Positions 37,316 to 46,722 of a stretch of DNA of 64,000 bases are shown here, one piece after another. The stretch is from the IMG/VR virus record IMGVR_UViG_3300009155_000035, one strand, 5' to 3'. This stretch comes from a virus. Lineage: Duplodnaviria > Caudoviricetes. The notes beneath the pieces are model-generated. The model saw only the letters and a list, made by a program, of their open reading frames with translations. It made no database searches and had not been told where the DNA came from. Each line of letters starts with the position of its first letter. Within the stretch, counting starts at the first letter, position 1. The position numbers and the translations under genes were made by a program.

Positions 37316-38695
37316 ATGGATGTGCTAGTGCTCAGCGATACTAAGTTTGATGGACAAAAATTGGCCGCAGGCTGGATTTACGACCTTGAAAGCAGTGACA
37401 GTCGAATTCACAAAGAAAAGGTGATTGAAAAAGCCTTGATGGCCGCAAAGTTAGGCAGTGCAGATGCACAATGTTTTTTGTTTAACTGTTACCAAGCATA
37501 CAATCCATTTTATACTTTTAATGTTAAAAAAGTGCCTGACAGCAAAGGTAGAACCGGATGCTTTAATCCTTGGACAAAATTTTGGGCCTTACTAGAAAGC
37601 CTTCGCACTCGCAGTGTCACTGGCGGCAATGCACGATCTGCCATTGCTGAACTCATGGAAGAGTTTGATAGTGATGAGTGGAATGATGTATGTGCCAGAG
37701 TAATCAAAAAAGACCTGCGCTGTGGCATTAGCGAAAAAACACTTAACAAAGTCCTGGGCAAAACCGAGTGGAAGATTCCCACATTCAGCTGTCAGCTCGC
37801 ACAAGACAGTACAGACCAACCCAAAAAGCTTCGTGGCATCAAACGATTAGAAGTCAAGCTTGACGGTGTTCGTGTGATTGCAGTAGTTTCTGGTACCAGT
37901 ATTGCACTGTATAGTCGCAATGGCAAAGTATTTGAAAACTTTCCACAAATTGAAGATGCTATTCGTGAACAACGCCGAGCATTTCAACATGGTCGAGGTA
38001 CCGGCGGCAACTTTGTACTAGATGGCGAGATTGTGGGCGAAACTTTTCAACAGCTCATGCGCCAAGCACATCGTAAATCAGATGCTCAAACTGATGGTAT
38101 GGTATATCATATTTTTGATATTATTCCGTTTGAAGCACTCAAAGAAGGCCATTGTAATTTACAACAACACAAACGAATTGAGTGGCTCGAAAGTGCTCGA
38201 AACGCACTAGCAGAAGAGACTAGTTGTTTGCGCATCATGAATGGGCTTAATGTAGATTTAGACACTGGCGAAGGGCATGACATCATGCGGCGTTTTGCTG
38301 ACGATGCTGTAGCCCAAGGCTTTGAAGGAATCATGATCAAAAGCATGGATGCACCGTATGAATGCAAACGCAGTGATTTTTGGATGAAATGGAAGCCCAC
38401 CATTACAGTGGACTTAAATATCATTGGCGTTGAAGAAGGCACAGGTCGTAACCTGGGCCGATTAGGTGCAATTGTTTGTGAAGGAGTTGATAATGGACGT
38501 CGTATTAATGTTAATGTTGGCAGTGGTTTGTCTGATAGCGATCGTGATGAATATTGGACCAACCGGGATGACTTACTTGGCCACATTGTGGAAGTCCAAG
38601 CAGACGCAGTCACCCAAAACCAAGACGGAACATACTCATTGAGATTTCCACGCTTTTTGAGATTCCGTGATTTTGATCCAGGAGATAAAATTTGA
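37316..38695 (+). CDS. ATP-dependent DNA ligase
   Basis: EVKLDGVR, LDGEI, FDII, EGIMIK, WMKWK, SLRFPRF. Confidence 0.93.
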   Translation: MDVLVLSDTKFDGQKLAAGWIYDLESSDSRIHKEKVIEKALMAAKLGSADAQCFLFNCYQAYNPFYTFNVKKVPDSKGRTGCFNPWTKFWALLESLRTRSVTGGNARSAIAELMEEFDSDEWNDVCARVIKKDLRCGISEKTLNKVLGKTEWKIPTFSCQLAQDSTDQPKKLRGIKRLEVKLDGVRVIAVVSGTSIALYSRNGKVFENFPQIEDAIREQRRAFQHGRGTGGNFVLDGEIVGETFQQLMRQAHRKSDAQTDGMVYHIFDIIPFEALKEGHCNLQQHKRIEWLESARNALAEETSCLRIMNGLNVDLDTGEGHDIMRRFADDAVAQGFEGIMIKSMDAPYECKRSDFWMKWKPTITVDLNIIGVEEGTGRNLGRLGAIVCEGVDNGRRINVNVGSGLSDSDRDEYWTNRDDLLGHIVEVQADAVTQNQDGTYSLRFPRFLRFRDFDPGDKI

Positions 38696-38937
38696 ACCAA
38701 GTATTTGTTAACACACTAAAAAATATACTGACCGAAAAGCTCACTAAAGAAGAATTCTTGGCCGAGCTTGAGCGCAGTCCCGATGAGTTTTGTTCTTTAC
38801 GACTCAACGAGCTTGATGATTATTCCAAAGAAATTGTCTGGGAATGTATCAAGGTTATTGATAAAGAAAACTTCAATGGCACTGACGTTGAGTCCAAGTA
38901 TAGCCGTTTAATAAGAGAACACTTTGGATTAGCATGA
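38692..38937 (+). CDS. Hypothetical protein
   Basis: 81-aa coupled ORF. Confidence 0.5.
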   Translation: MNQVFVNTLKNILTEKLTKEEFLAELERSPDEFCSLRLNELDDYSKEIVWECIKVIDKENFNGTDVESKYSRLIREHFGLA

Positions 38938-39209
38938 ACATTTGGATAGCAGTCCGTAATCCTCTACGTCATCGGCCATTCCGTAATCTTTGGGTACGGA
39001 GTAAACAAGTTACCCAACACAAAGTTTGGGAAATTCAACTAAGTCAATATGCATATAACTGCTTGGAGTTCCAAGCCAATCTTGCTTGGTGGGGAGAAGA
39101 CCATGCCGGCCCCAGAATTACTATTAATATCTTTGGGTTAACTCTGGACATTTGCATGTACGACACACGACACTGGAATGATGAAACCAACAGTTGGGCT
39201 ACTCTCTGA
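38934..39209 (+). CDS. Hypothetical protein
   Basis: 91-aa coupled ORF. Confidence 0.55.
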   Translation: MNIWIAVRNPLRHRPFRNLWVRSKQVTQHKVWEIQLSQYAYNCLEFQANLAWWGEDHAGPRITINIFGLTLDICMYDTRHWNDETNSWATL

Positions 39210-40068
39210 TTTTGAACTGTCATCGTACAAGCATCGTCAAGAAGATTTTCTTTTACCAGATACGCCAAGCACATGTTTGAATCGTAAACATTTTAAAACA
39301 TATCCTCACAAAGTCAACTATACTTTTAACAGTCGTGGATATCGTGATAATGAATGGCCTGACTCTGCAAAAGAATTAACCGAGGCATTTTGGTGTATTG
39401 GTGATAGTTCAGTAATGGGCGTTGGTGCGCCTATTAGCCATTCATGGCCAGTTGTGCTGTCAGAGATGACTAATAAACGTTGTATCAACATAAGCATGCT
39501 CGGTGCCAGTAACGAATGGATTGCTCGGCAGGTCAATAAATTACTTGACCAACTAGAAGTTGATACTGTTGTGATATGTTGGAGTTATGTACATCGTCGT
39601 GAACAGGCGCTCCAACACGCACTTGAAGACTTGTGGGAAACTTTCTATGCATCTGTTAAAGATGCAACTTGGCCTGTTGTTGGTTTTAAAGAGTTTGACA
39701 CATTGCCGGATAATATCAAACTTGAAATTAAACAACAGCATGACTTTGTTGGCTTTAGAGTAGAATCGCACTTGATGGATGAACATAGAATACTTGGTGG
39801 TGTTTGTGTAGATGAAGAACTGAATTTAATATTAACATTAAAGTTGATTCAAGAGATAGAACTACGCAAAGGTAATACCAAGATACTGCATACGTTTGTT
39901 CCAAATTTTATAAACAAGGAATATCACAGCAAGTTTGCGCAAATGTTTGAACGCATTACTTCACAGTCAGTATTAGAAATTAAAAAAATAGATTTTGCCC
40001 GGGACTATCATCACTTTGATATTAAAACTTCTAGACAGTTTGCAAAGCAAATCGTGGGGAGACTCTAA
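39178..40068 (+). CDS. SGNH-like protein with inserted D-x2-WP...LP module
   Basis: FNSRGYRD, CIGDSS, GASNEWI, ARDYHH. Confidence 0.6.
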   Translation: MMKPTVGLLSDFELSSYKHRQEDFLLPDTPSTCLNRKHFKTYPHKVNYTFNSRGYRDNEWPDSAKELTEAFWCIGDSSVMGVGAPISHSWPVVLSEMTNKRCINISMLGASNEWIARQVNKLLDQLEVDTVVICWSYVHRREQALQHALEDLWETFYASVKDATWPVVGFKEFDTLPDNIKLEIKQQHDFVGFRVESHLMDEHRILGGVCVDEELNLILTLKLIQEIELRKGNTKILHTFVPNFINKEYHSKFAQMFERITSQSVLEIKKIDFARDYHHFDIKTSRQFAKQIVGRL

Positions 40069-40679
40069 TGAAAATACTAATAGTAGGTGACAGTTTTGCA
40101 TCTGATTGGTCTATAAAGTACAAAGACTATCCGGGCTGGACAAACTTAATAGCAAATGATTACGATGTAACTATTTTAAGCCAGCCTGGATGCGGGGAAT
40201 ACAAAATTCTCAAACAATTACAATCAGTTAACATTGATCGGTATGACTTGATTATAATTTCTCATACAAGCCCTGGTAGAATTCACACACCAAAACATCC
40301 TGTACATAGTCAAGACCTGTTGCATAAAAATTCAGATTTAATCTATACAGACCTTGAGTATCATGCATTAAAATTTACAAATTTATTCAATAGCTCGTTG
40401 TCCACAGCACACGATTTCTTTGTGTATCACTACGATGAAGAGTATTATGATCACGTTTATCAGTTACTACGTGACGAAATTACTAAATTGGTTGCATCCC
40501 GATCAACGCTGATAGTTAACCACCTGCCTTGCTTGTCCACTTACACCGGCAGCAACGTCTTGGATTTTTCCCCGATGCTTGAGACCCATCGAGGTATCAT
40601 CAATCACTTTTCTCAACCTGGCAATCAAATAATTTATCAGGCTGTAAAAAAATACATAGAGCAATATTGTGCAACCTAA
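40068..40679 (+). CDS. SGNH-like protein
   Basis: IVGDSF, PGCGEY, INHFSQPGN. Confidence 0.6.
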   Translation: MKILIVGDSFASDWSIKYKDYPGWTNLIANDYDVTILSQPGCGEYKILKQLQSVNIDRYDLIIISHTSPGRIHTPKHPVHSQDLLHKNSDLIYTDLEYHALKFTNLFNSSLSTAHDFFVYHYDEEYYDHVYQLLRDEITKLVASRSTLIVNHLPCLSTYTGSNVLDFSPMLETHRGIINHFSQPGNQIIYQAVKKYIEQYCAT

Positions 40680-41529
40680 AGATATAAAGTGGATCCATGT
40701 CGAAGCAAGTTCTAGGTGCAATGCCAGTTGCCCGGGTTGCTCACGAAACAACAATGGATACGGCACGAACCCAGCACTGATTGAAAAAGATATTGACATT
40801 GATCAGTACACTGATTTTATAAAACAGTTTCCCAGCCTTGAAGGCATACAGTTTTGTGGTAATTTGGGCGACCCCATTGCTCATCATGATTTTTTAAAAT
40901 TAGTAGAAGTTTCAAAACCACTCTGTAAAAAAATACAAATACATTCCAATGGTGGTCTAAAATCAGCAACTTGGTGGGGCAAGTTGGCCGCATTACTGTC
41001 GGGCATAGAACATGACGTTTGGTTTGGGCTTGATGGGATCGGGGAAGTACATCAGCAGTATCGTCAAGGAACCAACTTTGATCGTGTTATTGCCAATGCC
41101 ACTGCATTTATCAATGCCGGTGGTTACGCCACTTGGCAATTTATACCATTCAAACACAACGAACATCAGATCAAAGATTGCATGCGAATGAGCCAACGGC
41201 TTAAATTTAAAAAATTCAAGTTGATACGTTCGTTTAGGTCGGATCTTACCATGGTTAGAGACTGGCGTACCGGTGAGTATCTATACGACTTAGAGCCGTC
41301 TACTGTAACACAAAAAATATTTTTCAATCCAAAGAAACACCTGGTTGAGTTTGACCGTTGTATGCACTTGTCAATGCCCAGCATTTACTTGTCATCCACA
41401 GGAAAAGCTAGCACATGTTGTTATTTTGTTAACCATGTGTCATTTGATCAAGTTGATAAACTGTTTGACAGCGTACAAATTGATCTGGCCAACCCTGACC
41501 CTGTGTGTTTGAGCAACTGTGGCTCTTGA
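40669..41529 (+). CDS. Radical SAM protein
   Basis: CNASCPGC, FCGNLGDP, C-terminal C..TCC..CLSNC; paralog of 19396-20406. Confidence 0.85.
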   Translation: MQPKDIKWIHVEASSRCNASCPGCSRNNNGYGTNPALIEKDIDIDQYTDFIKQFPSLEGIQFCGNLGDPIAHHDFLKLVEVSKPLCKKIQIHSNGGLKSATWWGKLAALLSGIEHDVWFGLDGIGEVHQQYRQGTNFDRVIANATAFINAGGYATWQFIPFKHNEHQIKDCMRMSQRLKFKKFKLIRSFRSDLTMVRDWRTGEYLYDLEPSTVTQKIFFNPKKHLVEFDRCMHLSMPSIYLSSTGKASTCCYFVNHVSFDQVDKLFDSVQIDLANPDPVCLSNCGS

Positions 41530-41553
41530 CATAGCAAAATTTCTGTGTATAAT
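41526..41553 (+). promoter_or_regulatory. Sigma70-type promoter
   Basis: TTGACA-16bp-TATAAT, 6 nt before ATG 41560. Confidence 0.65.
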
Positions 41554-41559
41554 GTTGAC

Positions 41560-41817
41560 ATGGCTACATTGCACAGATTTAGAATTTATGTAAATTCAAC
41601 CGCACAGTGGTATTCTGTTATGAATGAATGCCGTGATTGGTTTGGAAAAAATTGGAAAACCCAGCCAAAAGTTCGCAAAAAATTAGAGACATGGCGCCGC
41701 CACAGTGGAGAGCCTATATGTGTGTGGTTTGAGGTTCCCGATGAACGATGGGCCACCTGGGTGTCGACTAAATTTGCACTAGAAGTTGTATCCGAAACAC
41801 GCTTCAAGGACCGCTAA
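41560..41817 (+). CDS. Hypothetical Trp-rich phage protein
   Basis: ORF directly behind a promoter. Confidence 0.6.
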   Translation: MATLHRFRIYVNSTAQWYSVMNECRDWFGKNWKTQPKVRKKLETWRRHSGEPICVWFEVPDERWATWVSTKFALEVVSETRFKDR

Positions 41818-41825
41818 ATAATTTA

Positions 41826-43337
41826 ATGATCTTGACTATACTAATGTTTGTGGTGGCACTATGTCTAAGCGCAGTGGCCGCTTTTTATTCCATTGTGGGC
41901 TTGACCGCAATCTTTGCCGCCGCTGTCATGCCCATTGTTCTCATGGGCAGTATCCTTGAAGTAGCCAAACTCACAGTCACAGTGTGGTTACACGAGCACT
42001 GGGATCGAGCTCGCTGGTTAATGAAGATTTATCTGAGCACAGCAGTGGTAGTGCTGATGGTAATCACCAGCATGGGCATCTTTGGCTTCTTAAGCAAAGC
42101 TCACAGCGATCAAAGCATGGTGTCGGGAGATGTGCAAGCAAAAATTGCAGTTTACGATGAGAAAATTAAAACATCACGAGAGAACATAGATGCAAACCGC
42201 AAAGCACTTAAACAAATGGATGAGGCAGTGGACCAAGTCATGGCAAGAAGCACTTCAGAAACGGGTGCAGATAAAGCCGTGGCTCTCCGTAGGACGCAAC
42301 AAAAGGAACGTCAGCGTCTCCTTGCTGAAATTGAAGCCGAACAGAAAAGAGTTAGCGTACTTGCTGAAGAGCGAGCGCCGATTGCCGCCGAGGTTAGAAA
42401 AGTAGAAGCCGAAGTAGGACCAATAAAATATATCGCCGCATTAATTTACGGTGATAACACTGATACTAACATGCTTGAAGCCGCGGTTCGTTGGGTCATT
42501 ATATTATTGGTCATTGTGTTTGACCCTTTGGCTGTGATGATGTTGTTGGCCGCAACTGAAAGTCGTAAATGGTTGCGTCAAGATCAAACAAAACCTAAAT
42601 ATGAACAAGATGATGGCCCGTTGACTCAAGAGCAAGTTGAACAAATAAAAGAATCCACTAAAGAAGATTTGCCCATTGGTGAACTAGTAATCAAGGATGA
42701 ACTATTTCCATCAGACCCATCACCCCCGGGATGGATGTACAACACTACCACAACAACATACCCATCCACTGAAGAAGAAGTTGAAGAATTAAAAACCGAA
42801 TTTGATCGTAGCAAACATGCATACCTTGATCAACAATTTCAACCCTTTGAAAACTTACAGCCAATGGCACATCGTCCTGAATCAGAAAATGAATCAGATA
42901 CTGTAACAGACGATGAACATGATTTAGAAGATAATGACGCAGTCAAGCAAGCCAAGTCACAGTGGAAGATAGATAATCCGGGTGAAACTTTAAAAGAACA
43001 GCGTCGATTATTTGAGCGTGGAATCATTGATCGACTGCCTTGGGAAGACTACTTGCCAAACCCAGCAGTTGGTAATGTGCCGTTTGGTGAGAAATTCCCA
43101 ACTGCGCCTGCACGTGGAGATATGTTTACACACGTTGGTTATGTACCTTCTAAGTTGTACAAATTCAATGGTGAAAAGTGGATTGAAATTATCAAAGACA
43201 CTACAGATCAATATACATACAATCAGTCTTATATTGATTATTTGATCAATGCTGTTAGCAGTGGCCATTATGATGCAGACCTTTTAACCGAGGGCGAACA
43301 AGCCCAAATTGAATCTCGTTTACAACAGGACAATTAA
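41826..43337 (+). CDS. Multi-pass membrane protein with coiled coil and acidic C-terminal region
   Basis: Three N-terminal TM segments, long coiled coil, TM ending FDPLAV; TAAATA at 41815. Confidence 0.65.
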   Translation: MILTILMFVVALCLSAVAAFYSIVGLTAIFAAAVMPIVLMGSILEVAKLTVTVWLHEHWDRARWLMKIYLSTAVVVLMVITSMGIFGFLSKAHSDQSMVSGDVQAKIAVYDEKIKTSRENIDANRKALKQMDEAVDQVMARSTSETGADKAVALRRTQQKERQRLLAEIEAEQKRVSVLAEERAPIAAEVRKVEAEVGPIKYIAALIYGDNTDTNMLEAAVRWVIILLVIVFDPLAVMMLLAATESRKWLRQDQTKPKYEQDDGPLTQEQVEQIKESTKEDLPIGELVIKDELFPSDPSPPGWMYNTTTTTYPSTEEEVEELKTEFDRSKHAYLDQQFQPFENLQPMAHRPESENESDTVTDDEHDLEDNDAVKQAKSQWKIDNPGETLKEQRRLFERGIIDRLPWEDYLPNPAVGNVPFGEKFPTAPARGDMFTHVGYVPSKLYKFNGEKWIEIIKDTTDQYTYNQSYIDYLINAVSSGHYDADLLTEGEQAQIESRLQQDN

Positions 43338-44524
43338 TGATATCTCCCATTGATATTTGCAGTTTTTGCGGCAAACACAAGGACAGTGTACAAAAATTAA
43401 TAGTCAGTGACACCGTGGCCATTTGCAATGAATGTGTTGACTTGTGCCGGGACCTTCTCAAAGATATTGTACCCACAGAAGAAGTTGAATCTGCCATTGA
43501 TCGTTCAGATCCCAGGATACTAAAAAAATATCTAGATGAATATGTTATTGGGCAAGACTCGGCCAAGGTTGTTCTTGCAGTAGCAGTCATTAATCATTAC
43601 AAGCGACTACAACGCAAAGAAACAGATCCCGAAGTTACAAAAGCCAATATTCTCATGCTTGGCCCCACTGGTTCGGGCAAAACATTGTTGGCACGTACAG
43701 TGGCCAAATATCTTGATGTACCTTTTGTTATTGCCGACGCCACAAGTATTACTGAAGCAGGCTACGTGGGCGATGACGTTGAAATGCTTATTGCTCGTTT
43801 GTATGCGGCATCGGGTAACAGTGTAGAAAAAACACAACGTGGAATTGTGTTTGTTGATGAAATTGATAAAATTGCTCGCAAAGGCGAAAGCGCAAGTATT
43901 ACCCGTGATGTGTCGGGTGAAGGCGTGCAACAAGCATTGCTCAAGCTAGTTGAAGGTACTGTTTGCCGTATTCCGGCAACAGGCAACCGTAAGCATCCCA
44001 ATAGTGACATGATTGAAATTGACACAGCTAATATTTTGTTCATTGCCGGCGGTGCATTTGTTGGGCTAGATTCAGTGATTCGCAGTCGAGTACATGGATC
44101 ATCTATTGGGTTTAGTAGTCTGGTAACTAAAAATATCGAAGTTAACCTTGCCGACGTTAGCCCCGACGACTTGGTTAAATTTGGCATGATCCCTGAGTTT
44201 GTAGGACGTTTTCCGGTTGTGGTAAGTCTCAATGAGCTTGATCGTGCTGACTTGAATCGAATACTAGTAGAGGTAAAGAACAATTATATTGAGCAATATC
44301 GATGGTTATTTCAGCAAGACAACGTGGACTTTGAAATTACAGAAGATGCACGTTTTGCCTTGGTTGATCGAGCTATGACCACTGGCACTGGAGCTCGAGC
44401 ATTGCATAGTGAATTGGAGAGAGTTCTATTACCGCACATGTTTGATCTAGCACGTTATCGCAATGATGGTATCAAGACCCTGGTCATTGATCAGCAGTTG
44501 GTAAATAATCCTAAAGCACTTTAA
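43337..44524 (+). CDS. clpX: ATP-dependent Clp protease ATPase subunit ClpX
   Basis: CSFCGK..CNEC Zn domain, GPTGSGKT, TEAGYVGDDVE, DEIDK, RDVSGEGVQQALLK, IGF loop, GARAL. Confidence 0.95.
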   Translation: MISPIDICSFCGKHKDSVQKLIVSDTVAICNECVDLCRDLLKDIVPTEEVESAIDRSDPRILKKYLDEYVIGQDSAKVVLAVAVINHYKRLQRKETDPEVTKANILMLGPTGSGKTLLARTVAKYLDVPFVIADATSITEAGYVGDDVEMLIARLYAASGNSVEKTQRGIVFVDEIDKIARKGESASITRDVSGEGVQQALLKLVEGTVCRIPATGNRKHPNSDMIEIDTANILFIAGGAFVGLDSVIRSRVHGSSIGFSSLVTKNIEVNLADVSPDDLVKFGMIPEFVGRFPVVVSLNELDRADLNRILVEVKNNYIEQYRWLFQQDNVDFEITEDARFALVDRAMTTGTGARALHSELERVLLPHMFDLARYRNDGIKTLVIDQQLVNNPKAL

Positions 44525-44538
44525 CGAAAGGATATATC

Positions 44539-44760
44539 TTGAAATTACATGGTAGAGCTGTAATAGTTTCAGACGGTAATGTAGAAAAAGCACTGCGCAA
44601 GTTTAAAAAGAAGATTGCAACTTCTGGGTTGTTGCAAGATCTAAGGGACAAAGAATTTTATGTAAAACCCACGACACGCCGTAAAACACAAAAAAGTCTT
44701 GCTAAAAAACGTTGGGAACGCTATGTCAACGGCCAACAACTCCCGCCAAAATTGTTTTAA
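44539..44760 (+). CDS. rpsU: Ribosomal protein bS21
   Basis: NVEKALRKFKKK...EFYVKPTTRRK. Confidence 0.88.
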   Translation: MKLHGRAVIVSDGNVEKALRKFKKKIATSGLLQDLRDKEFYVKPTTRRKTQKSLAKKRWERYVNGQQLPPKLF

Positions 44761-45014
44761 TGTATATTGAGTTTGAATTGCCCAACAGCAATGTGTCAAC
44801 TTACGTAGCAGACCAACAATTATCTCGGGCACTAGTTGAGTGGTCAGAAAAATACAATATTCCTTACACTACCAAATTGGTCAAACTCAAAAAAAGAGTA
44901 ACATTTAACGAAGATCGTTACTATGAGTTTTTTATACTAACTTGGGTACCAAAAACAAAACATAGTTTTTGGCTAAACTACCGAGTGATACGTGACCTAA
45001 ATAACAAACTTTAA
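44760..45014 (+). CDS. Hypothetical protein
   Basis: Likely start ATG 44760 overlapping the rpsU stop. Confidence 0.55.
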   Translation: MYIEFELPNSNVSTYVADQQLSRALVEWSEKYNIPYTTKLVKLKKRVTFNEDRYYEFFILTWVPKTKHSFWLNYRVIRDLNNKL

Positions 45015-45042
45015 CATAGTTTTCGCGTATAATAAATAACAA

Positions 45043-45104
45043 TGTAGCGCCGATGGTCGGGCTACACTTATAGTCAACTTGCTTATTAAAGGAGAAATGA
45101 CATG
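45043..45104 (+). promoter_or_regulatory. Structured 5'UTR, ROSE-like RNA thermometer candidate
   Basis: 5' hairpin tgtagc-g-ccga-tgg-tcgg-gctaca; then CTTGCTT pairs with AAGGAG leaving a bulged G; TAAATA at 45033. Confidence 0.55.
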
Positions 45105-45548
45105 ACTAAAATCACATCTTTTGATCTAACCCCCTTCTACCGTACATCAATTGGCGTAGACCGCTTGTTTGATCGTATTATCAACCAAATTGATAATACG
45201 GCTACAGCAGGCACTAACTATCCCCCATACAATATTGTAAAAACTGGTGAGCATACCTTTGAACTACAATTAGCATTGGCTGGGTTTACACAAGGCGAAG
45301 TTGAAATCACTGTCAAAGATGGTGTAATTTCAATCACGGGCGAGAAGAAAACTTCAAGTCTGCCCGAAGGACATGAGTACTACTACCAGGGTATCAGTGC
45401 TCGTAAGTTCTTCCGTAGTTGGCCTTTGGGTGATTACGTGGAAGTTGTTGACGCTTTGATGCGTGATGGTATTTTAACTGTTCGTCTTGAACAACGAGTA
45501 CCCGATGCCATGAAACCGAAAACAATTGAGATCGCATATCAAAACTAA
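45102..45548 (+). CDS. hsp20: Small heat-shock protein Hsp20 (IbpA-like)
   Basis: NYPPYNI, LALAGF, YYYQGISARKF, DGILTV, KPKTIEI. Confidence 0.95.
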   Translation: MTKITSFDLTPFYRTSIGVDRLFDRIINQIDNTATAGTNYPPYNIVKTGEHTFELQLALAGFTQGEVEITVKDGVISITGEKKTSSLPEGHEYYYQGISARKFFRSWPLGDYVEVVDALMRDGILTVRLEQRVPDAMKPKTIEIAYQN

Positions 45549-45566
45549 ACTTTAACGTAAATACAC

Positions 45567-45586
45567 GGGGGCTTCGGCCCCCATTT
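45567..45586 (+). terminator. GC hairpin with C(UUCG)G loop (terminator or 5' stabiliser)
   Basis: gggggc-ttcg-gccccc-attt; short T tail; TAAATA at 45558 just upstream. Confidence 0.55.
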
Positions 45587-45599
45587 AAAAGGATTCGAA

Positions 45600-45914
45600 A
45601 TGTCGCAAGCTGAACCAAAAACACGCACACGACTTAGCCCAAATGTTGATATCAAAGAACCACCGTTGTATCGTGTGATTTATATAAATGACAACAAAAC
45701 CACTGTGGATTTTGTAATTGGAAGTCTGATAGAGTTTTTTGATTATAACGAAAACACTGCTGAACAAATTACTATAAACATTCATGAAGCAGGATCGGCT
45801 ATTGTTGCAGTTCTTCCTTATGAAATTGCTGAACAAAAAGGTATAGAAGTAACTGTGAGTGCTCGTGGTCGAGGATACCCGCTACAGATCAAGCTGGAAC
45901 CCGATACAGCTTAA
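45600..45914 (+). CDS. clpS: N-end-rule adaptor ClpS
   Basis: PPLYRVIYINDNKTTVDFVI, IHEAG, EIAEQK, YPLQIKLE. Confidence 0.9.
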   Translation: MSQAEPKTRTRLSPNVDIKEPPLYRVIYINDNKTTVDFVIGSLIEFFDYNENTAEQITINIHEAGSAIVAVLPYEIAEQKGIEVTVSARGRGYPLQIKLEPDTA

Positions 45915-46696
45915 AGTTCTACTCGTCGTGGATAGTAGGCTACTTGGCGAAACTCTGTGTCTCCCCTACCGCGGCAGTTGTTGACATATCGTACCCCATC
46001 AATAACTGAGTCAATTACACCATGGTAGTGGCCTATGCACCATGTTTTGATTTTGTTTTCGGTGTCAGCAGAAAATATGTTTTGCAGTCGTGTGTTGCCC
46101 ATGATATTCATTCTGTAGGTGCCATCAAGTAAAGTATCATGTTCAACTAACTTAAACATTGGAATCGTATGAGTTACAATTACAATTTCTTTAATATCGG
46201 GGTGCATTTGTAATCTTGACACTGATCTACACAAGTATTCGGCCTCGGAAGTGGCTAGTCCGTCAATGATATATGGAACAATTTCGTTACACTTGTATTG
46301 ATCGCAGAACCATTTAAAACTTTGATACGTGTCAATGCTGGGATCAAAGTTCCAGTCCCACCAACCATTTGTGCCTAAAAACGCCACACCATTGTATACT
46401 ACAACATTATCATGCAAGTAAACACATCCATCGACACTGTTGACTATTTCATGAATACGTTCGGGACCATGAGCTAAATCATCCCAGTTATGTTTGTGTT
46501 CTTCGTTGCCATCTATAAAAATAGTAAGTTTATAGCACTTGCTAATTTTTTCAAGTGTGGTTTTCAGCACTGTGGGGTCACGAGCAACATCACCTGCAAC
46601 AACGCATATTGGACTAGTGGCTTGCCCACTCCACTCAAACTCAGTGTCCCAAGTTTCGATATGCAAATCAGAAATAAGATCAAACGCAATTTTCAT
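45911..46696 (-). CDS. Calcineurin-like metallophosphoesterase
   Basis: SDLH, AGDV, GNEEH, VTHT, GHYH; TAAATA on minus at 46703-46708. Confidence 0.8.
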   Translation of the reverse strand: MKIAFDLISDLHIETWDTEFEWSGQATSPICVVAGDVARDPTVLKTTLEKISKCYKLTIFIDGNEEHKHNWDDLAHGPERIHEIVNSVDGCVYLHDNVVVYNGVAFLGTNGWWDWNFDPSIDTYQSFKWFCDQYKCNEIVPYIIDGLATSEAEYLCRSVSRLQMHPDIKEIVIVTHTIPMFKLVEHDTLLDGTYRMNIMGNTRLQNIFSADTENKIKTWCIGHYHGVIDSVIDGVRYVNNCRGRGDTEFRQVAYYPRRVEL

Positions 46697-46722
46697 CATA
46701 CATATTTAAAAGGAATTTAAAC

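Noticed and set aside
43762-44283. Long antisense or alternate-frame ORFs in the track (also 2287-2721, 38107-38700, 48786-49298, 60398-60787 and others)
   Set aside because: Shadows of well-supported genes, with no RBS, promoter or recognisable motifs
45567-45586. Definite hsp20 terminator
   Set aside because: The T tail is short and a TAAATA lies 3 nt upstream, so it may instead be a 5' stabilising hairpin for clpS; left ambiguous
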